Below are positions 24,858-34,031 of a DNA stretch of 64,000 nucleotides, in pieces. Position numbers and translations under genes: made by a program. This DNA comes from Kofleriaceae bacterium (lineage in GTDB: Bacteria > Myxococcota_A > Polyangia > Haliangiales > Haliangiaceae). The DNA is taken from positions 1 to 64,000 of the forward strand of contig JBKJLC010000293.1 of assembly GCA_046597055.1 (NCBI GenBank). Reading direction: 5' to 3'. A model generated the notes under the pieces. The model was given only the letters and a program-made list of their open reading frames with translations, made no database searches and was not told where the DNA came from. The first letter of the stretch is position 1. Every line of letters begins with the position of its first letter.

Positions 24858-25406
24858 ATGACCCTCCGCCTCCTCGGCGTCGCCGGCAGCCTGCGCAAGG
24901 GCTCGCTCAACCACGCTCTCCTGCGCGCGATGGGCAAGGCGCTGCCCGACGCGGCCACGCTCGAGATCTTCGACGGGCTCGGCGCGCTCCCCACCTTCGA
25001 CCCCGACGCGACCGGCGAGCCCACCACGGTGACCGCGTGGCGCCAGGCCCTGACCGCGGCCGACGCCGTGGTGATCTCGACGCCCGAGTACAACTACAGC
25101 ATCCCCGGCGTCCTGAAGAACGCGATCGACTGGGCGTCGCGGCCGCCGGCGTCGCCCCTGCGCGGCAAGCCGATGGGCCTGGCCAGCGCGGCGTCGGGCA
25201 TCAGCGGCGGCATGCGCGCCCAGTACCACCTGCGCCAGATCCTGGTGTACACGAACTCGCCCGCCATGCTGCAGCCCGAGGTGATCATCCCGCGGGCGCA
25301 CGAGCGGTTCGACGCCGACGGCGAGCTGGTCGACGTCAGCACCCGCGAGCTGCTGATCAAGTACGGCGTCGAGCTGGTGCGCTGGGTCAAGCGCTTCCAG
25401 GACTGA
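24858..25406 (+). CDS. NADPH-dependent FMN reductase (ChrR/SsuE family)
   Basis: GSLRKGSLN, TPEYNYSIPGVLKNAIDW. Confidence 0.92.
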   Translation: MTLRLLGVAGSLRKGSLNHALLRAMGKALPDAATLEIFDGLGALPTFDPDATGEPTTVTAWRQALTAADAVVISTPEYNYSIPGVLKNAIDWASRPPASPLRGKPMGLASAASGISGGMRAQYHLRQILVYTNSPAMLQPEVIIPRAHERFDADGELVDVSTRELLIKYGVELVRWVKRFQD

Positions 25407-25698
25407 GCGCGTCGCCGGGAATAGCCCTCGGCGCGCGTCCGTTGCACGAGGTCGATGGACCGCATGTCCCCGGCGCGTCTCGCGCTGATCGTCGCCGTCG
25501 TCCGAGGCACCTGGTCGTACTTCACGGTGCCCCCGGGTCGCAGCCCGCCGCCGCGCGTGCCGGTCGTCCTCGCGGCGCTGGGGGACGCGCTCCGCCCGCT
25601 CGGCTTCGAGCGCGAGCGGCGCGCAGCCTGGAAAAGGGTGCGGACGCCGCCCGCCCGACACGACGGTGCGTGCCAGACCGGCGGCGCCCACGGGCAGC

Positions 25699-25848
25699 CT
25701 AGAACTGCATCTTGTCGCAGTCGTCGCCGCCGCCGCCCGAGCACGAGGTCGTGCCAGCGCCGCCGGAGATGGCCGCGAGCTGCTCCTTGGTCAGGGTCTT
25801 GGCCAGGGTGCGGGCGAGGATGCGGGTCGGCTTCTTCTCGTTCTTCAT
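25699..25848 (-). CDS. RiPP precursor peptide, 49 aa (double-glycine leader + graspetide-like core)
   Basis: MKNEKKPTRILARTLAKTLTKEQLAAISGG|AGTTSCSGGGGDDCDKMQF; GGAG RBS; 50 nt downstream of the ATP-grasp gene on the same strand. Confidence 0.85.
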   Translation of the reverse strand: MKNEKKPTRILARTLAKTLTKEQLAAISGGAGTTSCSGGGGDDCDKMQF

Positions 25849-25898
25849 GTTCGTCTCCGTTGTCGTTTGAGATTGCTGCGTGGTTGCGAGTGTCAGTG

Positions 25899-27029
25899 TC
25901 AGCCGGCGGCGACAATTGCAGCGTCGGTGTCGACTGCCGCCGGCCAAGTCGTGTGCTCCACGTGCACGGTCCGCTGCCGCGCGAGGAGGGCGATCGCCTC
26001 GGCCTGGAGCGAGGCGTACCGGACCCGGTCCGAGGTCGCGCGGTACGCGAAGTGCGGCCCCGAGCGCACGAGCTCGATGAACGCGTCGAGCACCGGGATG
26101 TCCGGACAGGTCTCCTCGAGCCACAGCCACTGGCCGCCCTCGTTGACCTCCAGGAACACCATGCGGCCGTCGGGCGTGACCAGGAAGTCGATGCAACCCG
26201 AGACCAACCCGAGCCGCCGCAGGAGCTCGAAGCACCGCGCCTGCAGCGCCGCATCTACCGCGTACGGCTCGACCGGGACCTCGATCCCGCCGCCGCGCCA
26301 GTCGATGATGGCATCGCCATGCTCCTGCGACCGCAGCTTCGCGCCGATGCACGTGCGTCCCAGCAGGGTGAGCCGGAGCTCGAACGCCTTCGGCACCAGG
26401 GGCTGGAAGATGCCCGGGGTCAGGCGCAGCAGTTCGTCGTCGGGGAGACTGGTCTCGTCGACGCGCGACGTGAACGCGTAGGTGATGTGGGCGTCGGTCT
26501 CCCAGATCGCGGGCCTGAACGTCTTGTAGATGGCGTTGCCCTGATGCCGACGCACGAACGCGCGAATGGCGACCGGATCGTTGCTGGCGAGGGTCTCCGG
26601 CACTTCGAGCCCGACCGCGTCCGCCAGCTTGAGCTGGAGGAGCTTGGACCCCGCGGCCCTGGCCCCGGCCGGCGGGTTCACCCAGAACGCCTCCGGGGCC
26701 AGCACGCTGTGGAGCGCCTGTCCGAAGTCCAGACACTCGCCCTCTGCGATCATGCGATCGCCCGGATGCAGGGTGTCCGGCAGGCGGGGCCGTGCCCAGC
26801 GCCGGTTCCACACGGTGTCGATGACCTCGGCGTCGATGCCGGCGCCCGGCCCGTCGATGCGCACCGAGCACTGCTGGTTCGTGATGGTCACCGAGCCGGT
26901 CTGCAACACCGGGAAGTCGCCGCCCAGGAGCACGTGCGGCCGCGAGCCCTTCCGCTCCAGTCCGAGTGCCACCGCGGCGGCATGAATGTCGTTGATCTGG
27001 GTCAGAATCAGAACGTCCGCCATCTCCAT
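25899..27029 (-). CDS. ATP-grasp peptide macrocyclase (graspetide synthetase, MvdC/MvdD-like)
   Basis: DIHAAAV, WNRR, WVNP, SKLLQL, VPETL.SND, IFQPLVPKAFELR, IDWR, IDF...FLEVNEGGQWLWLE. Start could be 27023. Confidence 0.88.
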   Translation of the reverse strand: MEMADVLILTQINDIHAAAVALGLERKGSRPHVLLGGDFPVLQTGSVTITNQQCSVRIDGPGAGIDAEVIDTVWNRRWARPRLPDTLHPGDRMIAEGECLDFGQALHSVLAPEAFWVNPPAGARAAGSKLLQLKLADAVGLEVPETLASNDPVAIRAFVRRHQGNAIYKTFRPAIWETDAHITYAFTSRVDETSLPDDELLRLTPGIFQPLVPKAFELRLTLLGRTCIGAKLRSQEHGDAIIDWRGGGIEVPVEPYAVDAALQARCFELLRRLGLVSGCIDFLVTPDGRMVFLEVNEGGQWLWLEETCPDIPVLDAFIELVRSGPHFAYRATSDRVRYASLQAEAIALLARQRTVHVEHTTWPAAVDTDAAIVAAG

Positions 27030-27383
27030 CAATCACTAGCAGGTCAGTGACATGCTCCACCATGGCTCCGCGCCCATCATGCACGCCGATGCCTCCCGTT
27101 GCCGCCGCGGTGTCATGATTGCCTGATTGGGGCCAGCTCCCAGACTGATCACAACTCGTGCATTGCCGAATTCACATTGCGCGAACACTGCACATGATGC
27201 GCAACACCACCGGATACGCCTTTGCACCGAGGCATACCGTCGAGGCGATGATCGATCGCGGCACCGTGTGCCCGCGCTCCATCGACCGGACCCGGTCGCC
27301 GTCCCACGATCCATCCATGATCGGGCCACATAAACCGGGCGACGCGCGCGGGTCGGGGTCCGCACCGAGCGCACCGTCGTCGA

Positions 27384-27995
27384 TCAGCGCCGCACGCGGC
27401 CGCGCTTCAGCGCCGGTGACACGTCGACGCGCCCGCCCGGCCGACAGGCCACGTCGGTGACCTCCGGCTGATATCCGTCGGCGCGGATCTCGACGCGGCG
27501 CTGCTGGCCCGCAGCGCAGGCCAGGTTGGTGACCAGCGGGGTGCGCCCGGCGGCGACGCCGTCGATGAGCACGGTCGCGCCCCGCGGCGTCGCATTGACC
27601 AGCAGGTACATGGCCTCGTCGGCCGCTGGTGACGGGCCGCGCGCGCCCACGCGTCCGTCGCGCCCGAGCGGCAAGATCAGCTGTCGCCGGTCGATGGCGT
27701 CGTGGAACGCCGGGTAGAAGACGGCGATCACCAGCGCCAGCGCGGCCAGCCCCGTCACGAGTCGCGCCGCGGTCACCCGGGGCCGCTCGGTGCGGTCAGC
27801 GCCCAGGACCGCGGCGGTTGGCACGGTTGGCGCGGTCGCCTGCGCGGGCAACGCTCGCCGCGAGACCGGCACCGGCGGTGCCGGCCCCCGCTGGTGCCGC
27901 GCCTGCGCGTCGAGGATCTCCTCGTCGCGGTCCATGTGAAAGCGACCGGGCTCGCCCGCCGGGTCGGGGTCGTCACCGGGCTTGCGCTCGCTCAT
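27384..27995 (-). CDS. Membrane-anchored PEGA-domain protein
   Basis: ATG overlaps the ATPase stop; one TM; VNATPRGATVLIDG..AGRTPL...IRADGY. Confidence 0.8.
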   Translation of the reverse strand: MSERKPGDDPDPAGEPGRFHMDRDEEILDAQARHQRGPAPPVPVSRRALPAQATAPTVPTAAVLGADRTERPRVTAARLVTGLAALALVIAVFYPAFHDAIDRRQLILPLGRDGRVGARGPSPAADEAMYLLVNATPRGATVLIDGVAAGRTPLVTNLACAAGQQRRVEIRADGYQPEVTDVACRPGGRVDVSPALKRGRVRR

Positions 27996-29494
27996 CCGCA
28001 CACCCGCAGCACCTCGCGCAACGACGTCGCGCCGGTCCTGACCCGCGCGATGCCGGCGTGGAGGAGCGGGATCATGCCCTCGGCGACCGCCGCGTCGTGG
28101 ATCCGCGTCGTCGGCACCTTGGCGTTCACCAGCTCCTGGATCGCCGGCGTCATCGCGAGCAGCTCGTAGAAGGCGATCCGCCCCAGGTAGCCGGTCCGAT
28201 CGCACTTCACGCACCCGGCCGCGCCGTACAGCTGCTCGTCGTGGATCCCGGCCTGCGTCAGGCGTCGCCGCTCGTCCGCGGTGGGCGACGCCAGCACCCG
28301 ACAGTCCGGACACAGCCCGCGCACCAGCCGCTGCGACATGCTCCCCAGCGTCGCCGACGCCAGCAAGAACGGCTCGACCCCCATCTCGATGAGCCGGTTG
28401 AACACGCCGGCCGCCGAGTCGGCGTGGATCGTCGTCACGATCTGATGTCCGGTCAGGCCCGCCTGCACCGCGATGTGCGCGGTCTCCGCGTCGCGGATCT
28501 CGCCGACCATGATGACGTTCGGGTCCTGGCGCAGGATCGATCGCAGGCCGGCGGCGAAGGTCAGCCCGACCCCGGGCTTGACCTGCGTCTGGGTCAGGAA
28601 TGGCAGGTCGAACTCGACCGGATCCTCGATGGTCGCGATCTGCGTGGTCTCGCCGCGGGACTGCTTGATGTGGGCAAGCGACGAGTAGATCGTCGTGGTC
28701 TTGCCGCTGCCGGTCGGTCCGACCAGGAACACGATCCCCTGCGGCCGCGTGAGCATCGCGCGAAACCGCTCGAGCAGGACCGGCGGCACGCCCAGCGCCG
28801 ACAGATCGGGGACGGTGAGCCCGACGTTGGCCACGCGGATCACCGCGCGCTCGCCGTGGTTGGTCGGCATCACCGAGATCCGCAGGTCGGCCGGCCGGCC
28901 CTCGGCGGAGATCACGAAGTGACCGTCCTGGGGCCGGTCGCTCTGGAAGGTCATGAGCTTCGCCATCACCTTCAAGCGCGACACCAGCGGCTTGTGGTGC
29001 GCGCGCGGGAACGTGATGAGCTCGTGCAGCACGCCCTGCACGCGAAACGAGATCTCGGTCCCCTGGGCGAGCGGATGCAGGTGCACGTCGCTGGCCCGAA
29101 CCCGCACGGCGGCCTCGAGCAGGACGTCGACGAACCGGACCATGTCGGGCGCGCTCGCCTCGGCCAGCCGCCGGAGCTCGCCCCGCACCTCGCCGAGCAG
29201 GTCGTGCACGAGGTCGGCGGCCAGCGCATCGATCACGGTGGTGGGGTCCTCCACCGACGCCGGCGCCGGGGCCGGCCGGCGGCGCGCGAGGAGCTGCCCC
29301 GCGATCGCGGTCACCACCACCGCGATCGCCGCCGCGATCACCGCCGCGCTGGCCGCTCGGTGCGAGCCGTACGCCCGGGCCTGCCGCGCCGCGGCGGCAC
29401 CGCTCGAAGGGCGGTAGGCCACCACGAACGCGATCAGCCCGGCCACCAGCGCCAAGCCCGCCAGCACCCAGACCGCCCGTGCCGCTGACCGCAT
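27992..29494 (-). CDS. GspE/PulE/PilB-family secretion ATPase with N-terminal TM helices
   Basis: ASDVH, RPQDG, GPTGSGKTTT, TIEDPVE, LRQDPNVIMVGEIRD, TGH, two CxxC pairs. Confidence 0.9.
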   Translation of the reverse strand: MRSAARAVWVLAGLALVAGLIAFVVAYRPSSGAAAARQARAYGSHRAASAAVIAAAIAVVVTAIAGQLLARRRPAPAPASVEDPTTVIDALAADLVHDLLGEVRGELRRLAEASAPDMVRFVDVLLEAAVRVRASDVHLHPLAQGTEISFRVQGVLHELITFPRAHHKPLVSRLKVMAKLMTFQSDRPQDGHFVISAEGRPADLRISVMPTNHGERAVIRVANVGLTVPDLSALGVPPVLLERFRAMLTRPQGIVFLVGPTGSGKTTTIYSSLAHIKQSRGETTQIATIEDPVEFDLPFLTQTQVKPGVGLTFAAGLRSILRQDPNVIMVGEIRDAETAHIAVQAGLTGHQIVTTIHADSAAGVFNRLIEMGVEPFLLASATLGSMSQRLVRGLCPDCRVLASPTADERRRLTQAGIHDEQLYGAAGCVKCDRTGYLGRIAFYELLAMTPAIQELVNAKVPTTRIHDAAVAEGMIPLLHAGIARVRTGATSLREVLRVCG

Positions 29495-29673
29495 CTCCGC
29501 CACGGTAGCGCACCGGTGATCCCCGGGGCGACCGATGCTGTCAGTCCATTCGCGCCCGTGCCGTGACCACCGTGCCTCGCATGTCAACGAACCACCACGG
29601 CGGTCCGCCCGACTCTTCCAGGTCGTGACCATCGGTTGCCGGACCGTGCTGGGCGTTGCAGGTCATCGGCCGC

Positions 29674-29689
29674 TGGCGTGACTCTCGCA
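29674..29689 (+). promoter_or_regulatory. Possible sigma54 promoter
   Basis: TGGCGTGACTCTCGCA (GG-N10-GC) just upstream of ATG 29703. Confidence 0.35.
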
Positions 29690-29702
29690 AGGACGCCTGG
29701 CC

Positions 29703-31280
29703 ATGAGACTGCTGCCTGGCCTGCTCGCCACCCTCGCCTGGGCGTCGCTGGTCGCCGTGACCGGCTGTGGCGACCCCGTGGACCCGATCGAGCCCGACGC
29801 CGGCGTGGGCGACGAGCTGGTGCGCCAGGAGCTCGAGCCGCCCGGTCGCAACTGTCCGCGCGGTGGCACCGCCACCCACCGCGGCCTCGACGACAACCGC
29901 GACGGCCTGCTGCAGGACGACGAGATCGACGCGACCGCGTACGTCTGCGCGGGCGCCGACGCCGACACCTGGCTGGGCGACTTCACCGCCGCCGACTGGC
30001 TCGACCCCGCCAAGGTGCGAGCCCTCGAGCGCGCACGGGTCGTGACCGGCTCGCTCACGATCGTCGCCAGTGCCACCACCAGCCTGCCCCGGCTCGCGCA
30101 GGTGGCGGGCACCGTGGCCTACCAGTCGACCACCGAGCTGCGGACGCCGCTGACGGTGCCCGCGCTCCGCACCATCGGCGGCGACCTCGTGCTCGCGAAC
30201 GTGGCGACCGAGGGGCTGGCGATGCCGGCGCTGCGCACCATCGCCGGCGACCTGACGATCTCCAGCGCGATGCCCTCGATCACGCTCGACCGGCTGGCAT
30301 CGGTCGGCGGCGGCGTGCTGCTGGTCGACCGCGCGCTCACGACGCTGGCGTTACCGCGCCTCGCGACCATCGGCGGCTCGCTGACGAGCCTCTCGACGGC
30401 CCGGCTGGAGACCCTCGAGCTCGCCAGCCTGCGAGCGGTGGGCGGCCATCTGCAGCTCTCCGACGCGGCGCAGCTGCGACGGGTGTCGTTCCCGCTGCTC
30501 GCGACCGTGCGCGGGGAGGTGTCGATCAGGTCGCTGGCGCGCCTCGACGCCCTCGAGCTGCCCGCGCTCACGGGCGTGGACAGCTGGCTCAGCGTGACCG
30601 CCTGCCCGCAGCTGCGCGCGATCGAGTTGCCTCGACTCGCCGACGTGACAGCGCTGAGCCTCACCGAGAACGCGCGGGTCGAGACCGTCGCCATCCCCGC
30701 GGTGGCCTTGGTGCAGAACCTCCACCTGGAAGCCATGCCGGCGCTGCGCGGCCTCGGGCTCGATCAGCTGGGAGCGATCACCAACGAGCTCCGGCTGCGC
30801 AGCCTGGGCCTCGCCGATCTGACGGGCCTGCGTGGCGTCCGGTCGGTCTCCCACGTCGTCGTGGATGACCTGGACCAGCTGCCGGATCTGCGTGGCCCGA
30901 GCTGGCCGGCGAGCCTCAAGAACGTCCAGATCCGGGGCTGTGCCGCGCTCACGTCGCTGGCCGGGTCGGACGGGCTGGTCCACATCGACGGAGACCTCTT
31001 GCTGCAAGACAATCCGGTCCTGGCGTCGCTGGCGGGGCTCGAGTCCGTGAGCTACGTCGGCGGTGCCCTCGGCATCACGAGCAATCCGGTGCTCTCCGAT
31101 CTCGCCGGGCTGTCCGGACTGAGCTCGATCGGCGGCGGGTTCGAGCTCGATGCCCCGGCGCTCGTCAGCCTCGCCGGCCTCGACGCCCTGCAGTCGCTCG
31201 GTGGCCAGCTCGTGCTCGGCAGCCTACCCGGCGTGCCTCCCGCCGAGCTCGACGCATTCCGCGCACGCGTCGGCCGGTGA
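29703..31280 (+). CDS. Lipoprotein with receptor-L-domain/LRR-like repeats
   Basis: Lipobox VTGC; EPPG.NC..GG...GLDDN.DG.L module; many LP.L..IGG.L and L.SLAGL repeats. Confidence 0.85.
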   Translation: MRLLPGLLATLAWASLVAVTGCGDPVDPIEPDAGVGDELVRQELEPPGRNCPRGGTATHRGLDDNRDGLLQDDEIDATAYVCAGADADTWLGDFTAADWLDPAKVRALERARVVTGSLTIVASATTSLPRLAQVAGTVAYQSTTELRTPLTVPALRTIGGDLVLANVATEGLAMPALRTIAGDLTISSAMPSITLDRLASVGGGVLLVDRALTTLALPRLATIGGSLTSLSTARLETLELASLRAVGGHLQLSDAAQLRRVSFPLLATVRGEVSIRSLARLDALELPALTGVDSWLSVTACPQLRAIELPRLADVTALSLTENARVETVAIPAVALVQNLHLEAMPALRGLGLDQLGAITNELRLRSLGLADLTGLRGVRSVSHVVVDDLDQLPDLRGPSWPASLKNVQIRGCAALTSLAGSDGLVHIDGDLLLQDNPVLASLAGLESVSYVGGALGITSNPVLSDLAGLSGLSSIGGGFELDAPALVSLAGLDALQSLGGQLVLGSLPGVPPAELDAFRARVGR

Positions 31281-31544
31281 CCGCCCCCAGGCCGACTCTC
31301 GAACGCCGTGCCTGGTCGCTGCCCCTGCTGCTCCTCCTCGTTGCGTGCGGCGGCGATGACGTCGCCCCCGACCCCGAAGGGCTCGACCCCGACACCCGCA
31401 GCGGCACGCGCCTCAAGCTGCACGGGTGGCGCTTCGACGACGCCACCTGCACCTGGAAGGTCGCGTTCGGATCGGAGGACCTCGCCGTCGACAAGACGAA
31501 CGAGTGCGGCAGGGCCCTGACGGTATGGCCGGACAGGTGGCGCG
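31277..31544 (+). pseudogene. Probable truncated lipoprotein (N-terminus only)
   Basis: GTGA overlap; lipobox LVAC and SGTRLKL motif; the frame then runs antisense into the M23 gene as low-complexity sequence. Confidence 0.4.
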
Positions 31545-32501
31545 CTACTCGGCGGTGGCTTCGACCGGTTCCGCGGGAACGAGGCGGACGTCGGCCATCG
31601 CGGGGATCGGCAGGATCTCGGCGCGGTCGAGGAACGGGGCCGGGTCGACGTGGAGGACCTGGCCGACCATGGCGAGCTCGAGGGCGAAGTGGAGGTGCTG
31701 AGGGCCGCGGAGGATGCCGGTCTTGCCGAGCGTGCCGACGACCTGGCCGGCGTCGACCATGTCGCCGTGGCGGAGGTCGGTGACGATCCCGTCGAGGTGC
31801 ATGTACGAGGTGAAGACGCCGTCCGGGTGCTCGAGGCGAACGTAGCGACCGCTGTGGCCGTCGCGACCGCGCTCGGTGTGATCGATGCGGACGACGATGC
31901 CGGCGGCGACCGCGACCACCGGACGGCCGATCGGACCGGCCAGGTCCACGCCGCAGTGGCCAGCGCCGCACTCGGTGCGCGCGACGCCGTCACGACCGGC
32001 ACCGAACCGGGCGGTGCGCCGGGTCGGCATCCGCTCGTCGGTGCCGGTCACCGGATGCGCCCAGTCGCGCAGCGTCGGGCGCAGCTCCTCGAGCGAGTCG
32101 ACGTCGTGCGCGGGGGGCGGCGGCAGGTCGTCGAACCCCGGCACCTCGAACCCACCGGCCGCGCCGGGCAGGCCGGGCGGGCTGGCCACCGCGGGGTTGA
32201 TCACCGGGCCGGCGATGGTCTCTCGACGTGGGGTCGTGATCATCAGCCCGACGGTCGCGGCGATGACCAGGCCACCCGCGAGCGCGGTCGGCCGCAGGTG
32301 GGAGCGCCGCGGCTCGGGACGCCGCACCGGCGGCGGCGCCAGCTCGGGCGGCGCCAGCGCGGGCACCGGCGCCGCCACGAGACGCCCGGTCGGCGACGTG
32401 CACCGATCGCACCACAGGGCCACCGAGCCGTTGCGCGCCACGATGGGACGACCGCGGTGGAGTGCCACCTCGTCACCACAGCCGGCGCACGTACCCCCCA
32501 T
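31545..32501 (-). CDS. M23-family metallopeptidase with N-terminal CxxC...CxxC and TM helix
   Basis: HCGVD, YMHL, HLHF. Confidence 0.88.
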   Translation of the reverse strand: MGGTCAGCGDEVALHRGRPIVARNGSVALWCDRCTSPTGRLVAAPVPALAPPELAPPPVRRPEPRRSHLRPTALAGGLVIAATVGLMITTPRRETIAGPVINPAVASPPGLPGAAGGFEVPGFDDLPPPPAHDVDSLEELRPTLRDWAHPVTGTDERMPTRRTARFGAGRDGVARTECGAGHCGVDLAGPIGRPVVAVAAGIVVRIDHTERGRDGHSGRYVRLEHPDGVFTSYMHLDGIVTDLRHGDMVDAGQVVGTLGKTGILRGPQHLHFALELAMVGQVLHVDPAPFLDRAEILPIPAMADVRLVPAEPVEATAE

Positions 32502-32612
32502 CAACGCGATGGTAACCAACCCGGCAGCGTCCGCAGGGTCGGTCCGCCCACAATCCAGCTGTGGCTCGATGTCGTACCTCTCCCTCTCCGTCTCCCCCGC
32601 AGGCCAGGCCGC

Positions 32613-34031
32613 TCAGGTCATCAGGATCAGCGCCGCGATCCCGGCCGCCACCACCACGATCGACACGACCGCGACCGGCAGCGCCCACCACGGGCCGCGG
32701 TACGGCGGGGGTGGCTCGGGCAGCGCGACGTGCGCAACCGGCGGCGGCAACGGCGTGACCTGCTCGGTCAGCTGGCGGAGCCGACCGGGGCCGACGCCGA
32801 GCACGGTCTTCTTCGCGGCGGCGTCGCTGTCGGACGGCTTCTCGCCGCCTTCCCAGCCGGTCACCGCGAACGTCGGCTCGTCGCTGGGCGCGGCCCGCGC
32901 CGGGCTCGGCGCCATCCGGTAGGTCGCGCCGGGATCGTCCTCGCCGAGCCCGTCCGGGGCGGGGGTCAGCGCCGCGCTCGGCGGTGGCGTCGGCGTGGTG
33001 CGGACCTTCGCCGCGCCGGCCATCTTCGACGGGGTGTCGCCGACCGTGCCGGCCTCGATCACCATCGAGGGATCGTCGCCGGGGTCGCCCGCGTCGTCGC
33101 TGGCCGGGCCGGCGGCGCCGGCGATGAAGCGTTCGGCCATGAATGCGGCCAGCGCGGCCGGGCTGGCCAGGCCGCCGAGCCCGACGGCGACCGCCTCGAG
33201 CGCGGTCGCCATCTCGATCGCGGTCTGGAAGCGCGCGTCGGGGTCGAGGGCCATGGCGCGCTGGACGATCGCCTCGAGCGCGGGCGGATAGCCCGGCACG
33301 ACCTTCGAGGGTGGCGCGATATCCAGGGTGACGATCTTCTGCAGGGTCTCGTAGTCGCTCTCGCCGCGGAACGCGCGGCGCAGCGTGGTCAGCTCGTAGA
33401 GCACGATGCCGAGCGAGAACACGTCGGCGCGGCGGTCGACCGGCTTGCCCTTGCACTGCTCGGGCGCCATGTAGGCGAACTTGCCCTTCACCGTACCCGA
33501 CTGGGTCTCCTGGGCGCGGCCCTTGGCGCGCGCGATGCCGAAGTCGAGCAGCTTGACCACCCCGTCGTAGCCGAGCATCACGTTGGCCGGCGTGACGTCG
33601 CGGTGGACGATCTCGAGCTGCGTGCCCGACAGGCCCTTGCGGTCGTGGGCGTGGTGCAACGCGTGGGCGACCCGCGCGACGATCGCGAGCGCGATGCCAG
33701 GCGGGATCGGCTGGCGGGCACGCGCCGAGACCTCGAGGACCGCGCGCACGGTCTCGCCATGCACGAACTCCATCGCGAGGAAGTAGACCTGGCCTTCCTT
33801 GCCGACCTCGAGCAGGCGCGCGATGTTCGGGTGGTTGAGGCCGGCGACCAGGCGCGCCTCGTCGAGGAACATCTGGATGAACTTCTGGTCCTCGGCGCGC
33901 TCGCGGGTGATGACCTTGACCACCGCCTCCTCGCCGGCCGGGCCCCGCGCGCGATAGATCTCGGCCATGCCGCCGGTCGCGAGCAGCGACTGGACCTGGT
34001 AGCGCCCGAGCTTTTGGACGGGCTCGGTCAC
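32613..34031 (-). CDS. Ser/Thr protein kinase with C-terminal TM
   Basis: GGMAEIY, VVK, HRDVTPAN, DFGIA, YMAPEQ, DVFSLG. Confidence 0.95.
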   Translation of the reverse strand: MTEPVQKLGRYQVQSLLATGGMAEIYRARGPAGEEAVVKVITRERAEDQKFIQMFLDEARLVAGLNHPNIARLLEVGKEGQVYFLAMEFVHGETVRAVLEVSARARQPIPPGIALAIVARVAHALHHAHDRKGLSGTQLEIVHRDVTPANVMLGYDGVVKLLDFGIARAKGRAQETQSGTVKGKFAYMAPEQCKGKPVDRRADVFSLGIVLYELTTLRRAFRGESDYETLQKIVTLDIAPPSKVVPGYPPALEAIVQRAMALDPDARFQTAIEMATALEAVAVGLGGLASPAALAAFMAERFIAGAAGPASDDAGDPGDDPSMVIEAGTVGDTPSKMAGAAKVRTTPTPPPSAALTPAPDGLGEDDPGATYRMAPSPARAAPSDEPTFAVTGWEGGEKPSDSDAAAKKTVLGVGPGRLRQLTEQVTPLPPPVAHVALPEPPPPYRGPWWALPVAVVSIVVVAAGIAALILMT

